DNA of 11,012 nucleotides from Octopus sinensis (taxonomy: Eukaryota). The position numbers and the translations under genes are program-made. Positions 8,400 through 11,012 of the stretch are shown here, one piece after another; position 1 is the first letter of the stretch; every line of letters starts with the position of its first letter. The stretch is from contig NW_021827151.1 of the NCBI RefSeq assembly GCF_006345805.1, forward strand, positions 1 to 11,012, in the 5' to 3' direction. Under the pieces are notes generated by a model that saw nothing but the letters and a program-made list of their open reading frames with translations, ran no database searches and was not told the DNA's origin.

Positions 8400-8760
8400 C
8401 TCCCACTCTTCGAACCCGATCCCGCAAATCGCTATTTCCCACGCCTCCTACTCTCACCCATCATTCACCCGCCACCCCGACGTACTTCACCGTTCGTCTC
8501 CCCCACCCATTCAACCCGACCAACACTACGCCAACTTCCAACCTCAGCCCCAACCGCCAAGCCCCCAAACCCACTCCCGACTCCTCACACCCCCATCTTT
8601 CTCCTAGCGACGACCCCCGTTCCCCACCTCTCCTTGCTCTCCGTTACATCGATGTCACGTCATCGCCTATCGCCCGCTTTCTCCTCACTGACATCCAAAT
8701 CCATTTCCAAAATCTTACCCTCACCCCCCCCCCTATCCACGTCCCCACCACCACCCCCAT
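8400..8760. other. Non-periodic C-rich, CpG-rich, strand-skewed segment with G-quadruplex-capable G runs on the minus strand
   Basis: Plus-strand C runs at 8548-8551, 8562-8566, 8570-8572, 8576-8578 and at 8718-8720, 8724-8733, 8743-8746, 8754-8758. About 23 CpG by hand count in 8401-8680. Confidence 0.7.
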
Positions 8761-9049
8761 CATCATCACCATCACCATCACCACAATAAACAACCAACAA
8801 GCAAACAAACCATCCCCATTCCCGAACTACCTCCCTTCTCTCCATTCTATCGACGTCTTTCCTACCAATGTCAGATACTCCCAATGGTAGTAACATTGAT
8901 TAAACCATTCCACCGTCTTTTTTGATCAGGGCTCCAATAATCTCTCATCTTGTATCCGTTTCTTATATCTTAACGTCGGTCAGTGGGGAATCATCTTTGT
9001 CTAGCTACATTCTTTGCTAGGTTGCCGCTTAGCTACAAGAACAAACACT

Positions 9050-9090
9050 CAGAAACACAAGCAAACACACATATGTACATATATATATAT

Positions 9091-9176
<86 letters not shown>

Positions 9177-9281
9177 ATATGTAATGTATGTATTATATGT
9201 ACGTATGAATGTAAATATACATACTTGTATATATCTATATATAAAAATATTTCTGTGTATAAATAAATGTACATATCTATG

Positions 9282-9322
<41 letters not shown>

Positions 9323-10250
9323 TACATGCATATTTATATGTGTGTATATATATATATATTATAATTATAATAATATATATAAGATGGAATATATAAACAC
9401 AAACTAACAATGATATATATACACATTACAGTACAAATATCTGTTATCTATCTGTCTATAGGATAAGTAATATATATATGTATATATATATATGTATATA
9501 TATATATTGTGTGAGTGTGTGTGTATTTGCGTGTCTGTACATGTATGCATGGTTATTTGTATGCACGTGTGAGTGTGTTTTGTATTTTATGCAAGAACGT
9601 TTTTTAATCATTATATATTTCTGCTATTTCTACCTACAAATATTTGTACTCATCCACACAGGTACACACGCCACACATATATGCACATCTGCTTACGTAC
9701 GCTCTTACGCACATGCTCGCGCGCGACACACACACACACACACGCACATACACTCATATATAAATGCATATATACACATATATTGATAAATATAGATAGA
9801 TAGATAGATAGTAGATAGATACATACATACATACTTTCGTACATGTATATATACATGATATATATATATATATATTATATATATAATATATATAATATAT
9901 ATATAGAGAAGAGAGAGATAGAGAGAAGGAATATAATAGATGTACATATACATAAATACTAGTATTAGAAAGAAAGAGAAAGAGAGATGGAAGAGAGAGA
10001 AATAAGCAGACTGACAGACAGACAAATAGATACATACATACATACATACATACATACATACATACATACACACAGACATACACACATACATACATACATA
10101 CATACATACATACATACATACATACATACATACATACATAGAAACATACATACCGAGAGAAAGAGTTACATACATGTGTATATACATACATAGTTCGAGA
10201 GAGAGGAGAGTAAGAGAGAGGGGGACAGAGAGAAATACGCAAACAGACTG
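9050..10250. repeat. Compound microsatellite field: (TA)n, (TG)n, (CA)n, (GATA)n, (GA)n, long (ATAC)n at ~10030-10150
   Basis: Read directly; short unique linkers are interspersed (e.g. ~9570-9720). Confidence 0.93.
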
Positions 10251-10280
10251 ACAGACATTCAGGCAGATGAGGACAAACAT

Positions 10281-10560
10281 ATGATGAAGATGATGACGAT
10301 GATGATGATGGTATTGGTGATGATGGCGACGGTGATGATGAACATGGTGATGATGATAATGGTGATGATGTTGCTGGTGACTATGATGATGATAATGGTG
10401 ATGATGATACATAGAAATACACACGTGTGTTTATGTCCCCGTTCTGGTTTTTATTTCCATCAATATAATTTTCGCGCTCTTCACCGTCACTACCATCACC
10501 CTCATCATTATCATCATCTTTATCATCATCAACATCAGTAACAAGAACAACAACAACACC
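10281..10560. repeat. (GAT/GGT)n tract 10281-10408, then (CAT/CAC)n 10482-10537 and (CAA)n
   Basis: Read directly; the first two tracts are mutually complementary. Confidence 0.93.
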
Positions 10561-10692
10561 ACCAATAGCTGCAACTACTTCTTATAGCTGTTTATTCCTC
10601 AGCTTCATCTTTAAGAAGTTATAAGCGGGACTGGCTGATCTTTGATTTGACATAAACAATATTAGTTCAATAATTGTACCTCATCCCTTGTA

Positions 10693-11012
10693 ATACACAC
10701 GCACGTGCACACACACACAAACACACACACACATACACACACACAGATACAAATATACTTGTACGTATATGAATATATATATATATATATATATGTATGT
10801 ATATACATATACATACATATACATATATACATACAGACACATGTATCTATACATCTACAGCTATCATTTTATCTAATTATTTATGTATATCTACATATCT
10901 TCGATTATATATATATATATATATGATGTATATATATATATGTGTGGTGTGGTGTGTGTGGTATGTATAGGTAGATTGATAGATAGATAGATAGATAGAT
11001 ATATAGATAGAT
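10693..11012. repeat. Compound (CA)n/(TA)n/(TG)n/(GATA)n microsatellite field
   Basis: Read directly. Confidence 0.95.

Noticed and set aside
8279-8896. 203-aa Pro/Thr/Ser-rich + ORF and overlapping ORFs
   Set aside because: The open frames follow from the G-poor, C-rich composition and (CAT)n. The first starts at a non-ATG codon, and there is no splice or domain support.
2226-10926. The many YIYI/VCVC/HTHT/poly-His/poly-Met/poly-Asp ORFs
   Set aside because: They are translations of microsatellites that lack stop codons in some frames, with no non-repetitive domain content.

Overview
This is eukaryotic (animal), non-coding, extremely microsatellite-rich DNA, with well over half the window in (TA)n, (CA/TG)n, (GATA)n, (TATG)n, (CAT)n, (TAC)n and (AAC)n tracts. 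The repeat landscape and the transposon fragments resemble octopus (coleoid cephalopod) genomic DNA; this is an inference from recalled families, not a database result. I find no intact protein-coding gene, structural RNA gene, CRISPR array or prokaryotic system, and nearly all listed ORFs are translations of simple repeats. The first ~1.8 kb is a nest of decayed mobile DNA: a frameshifted Tc1/mariner-type transposase N-terminus (1-120, +), a decayed R4/Dong-type non-LTR retrotransposon RT/post-RT fragment (161-658, -), a ~510 bp non-coding element bracketed by AAT-type runs (681-1192), and a 249 bp near-perfect foldback (1515-1763). A 5'-decayed tRNA-derived CORE-type SINE lies at ~7975-8172 (-). 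The features most worth follow-up are the long foldback, recurring RFX X-box motifs in the short unique islands between microsatellites (including two islands with the same GAAGATTA...ATGGCAACTAACT layout), and a strand-skewed C-rich, CpG-rich segment at ~8400-8760. I do not see convincing evidence of a new biological system.
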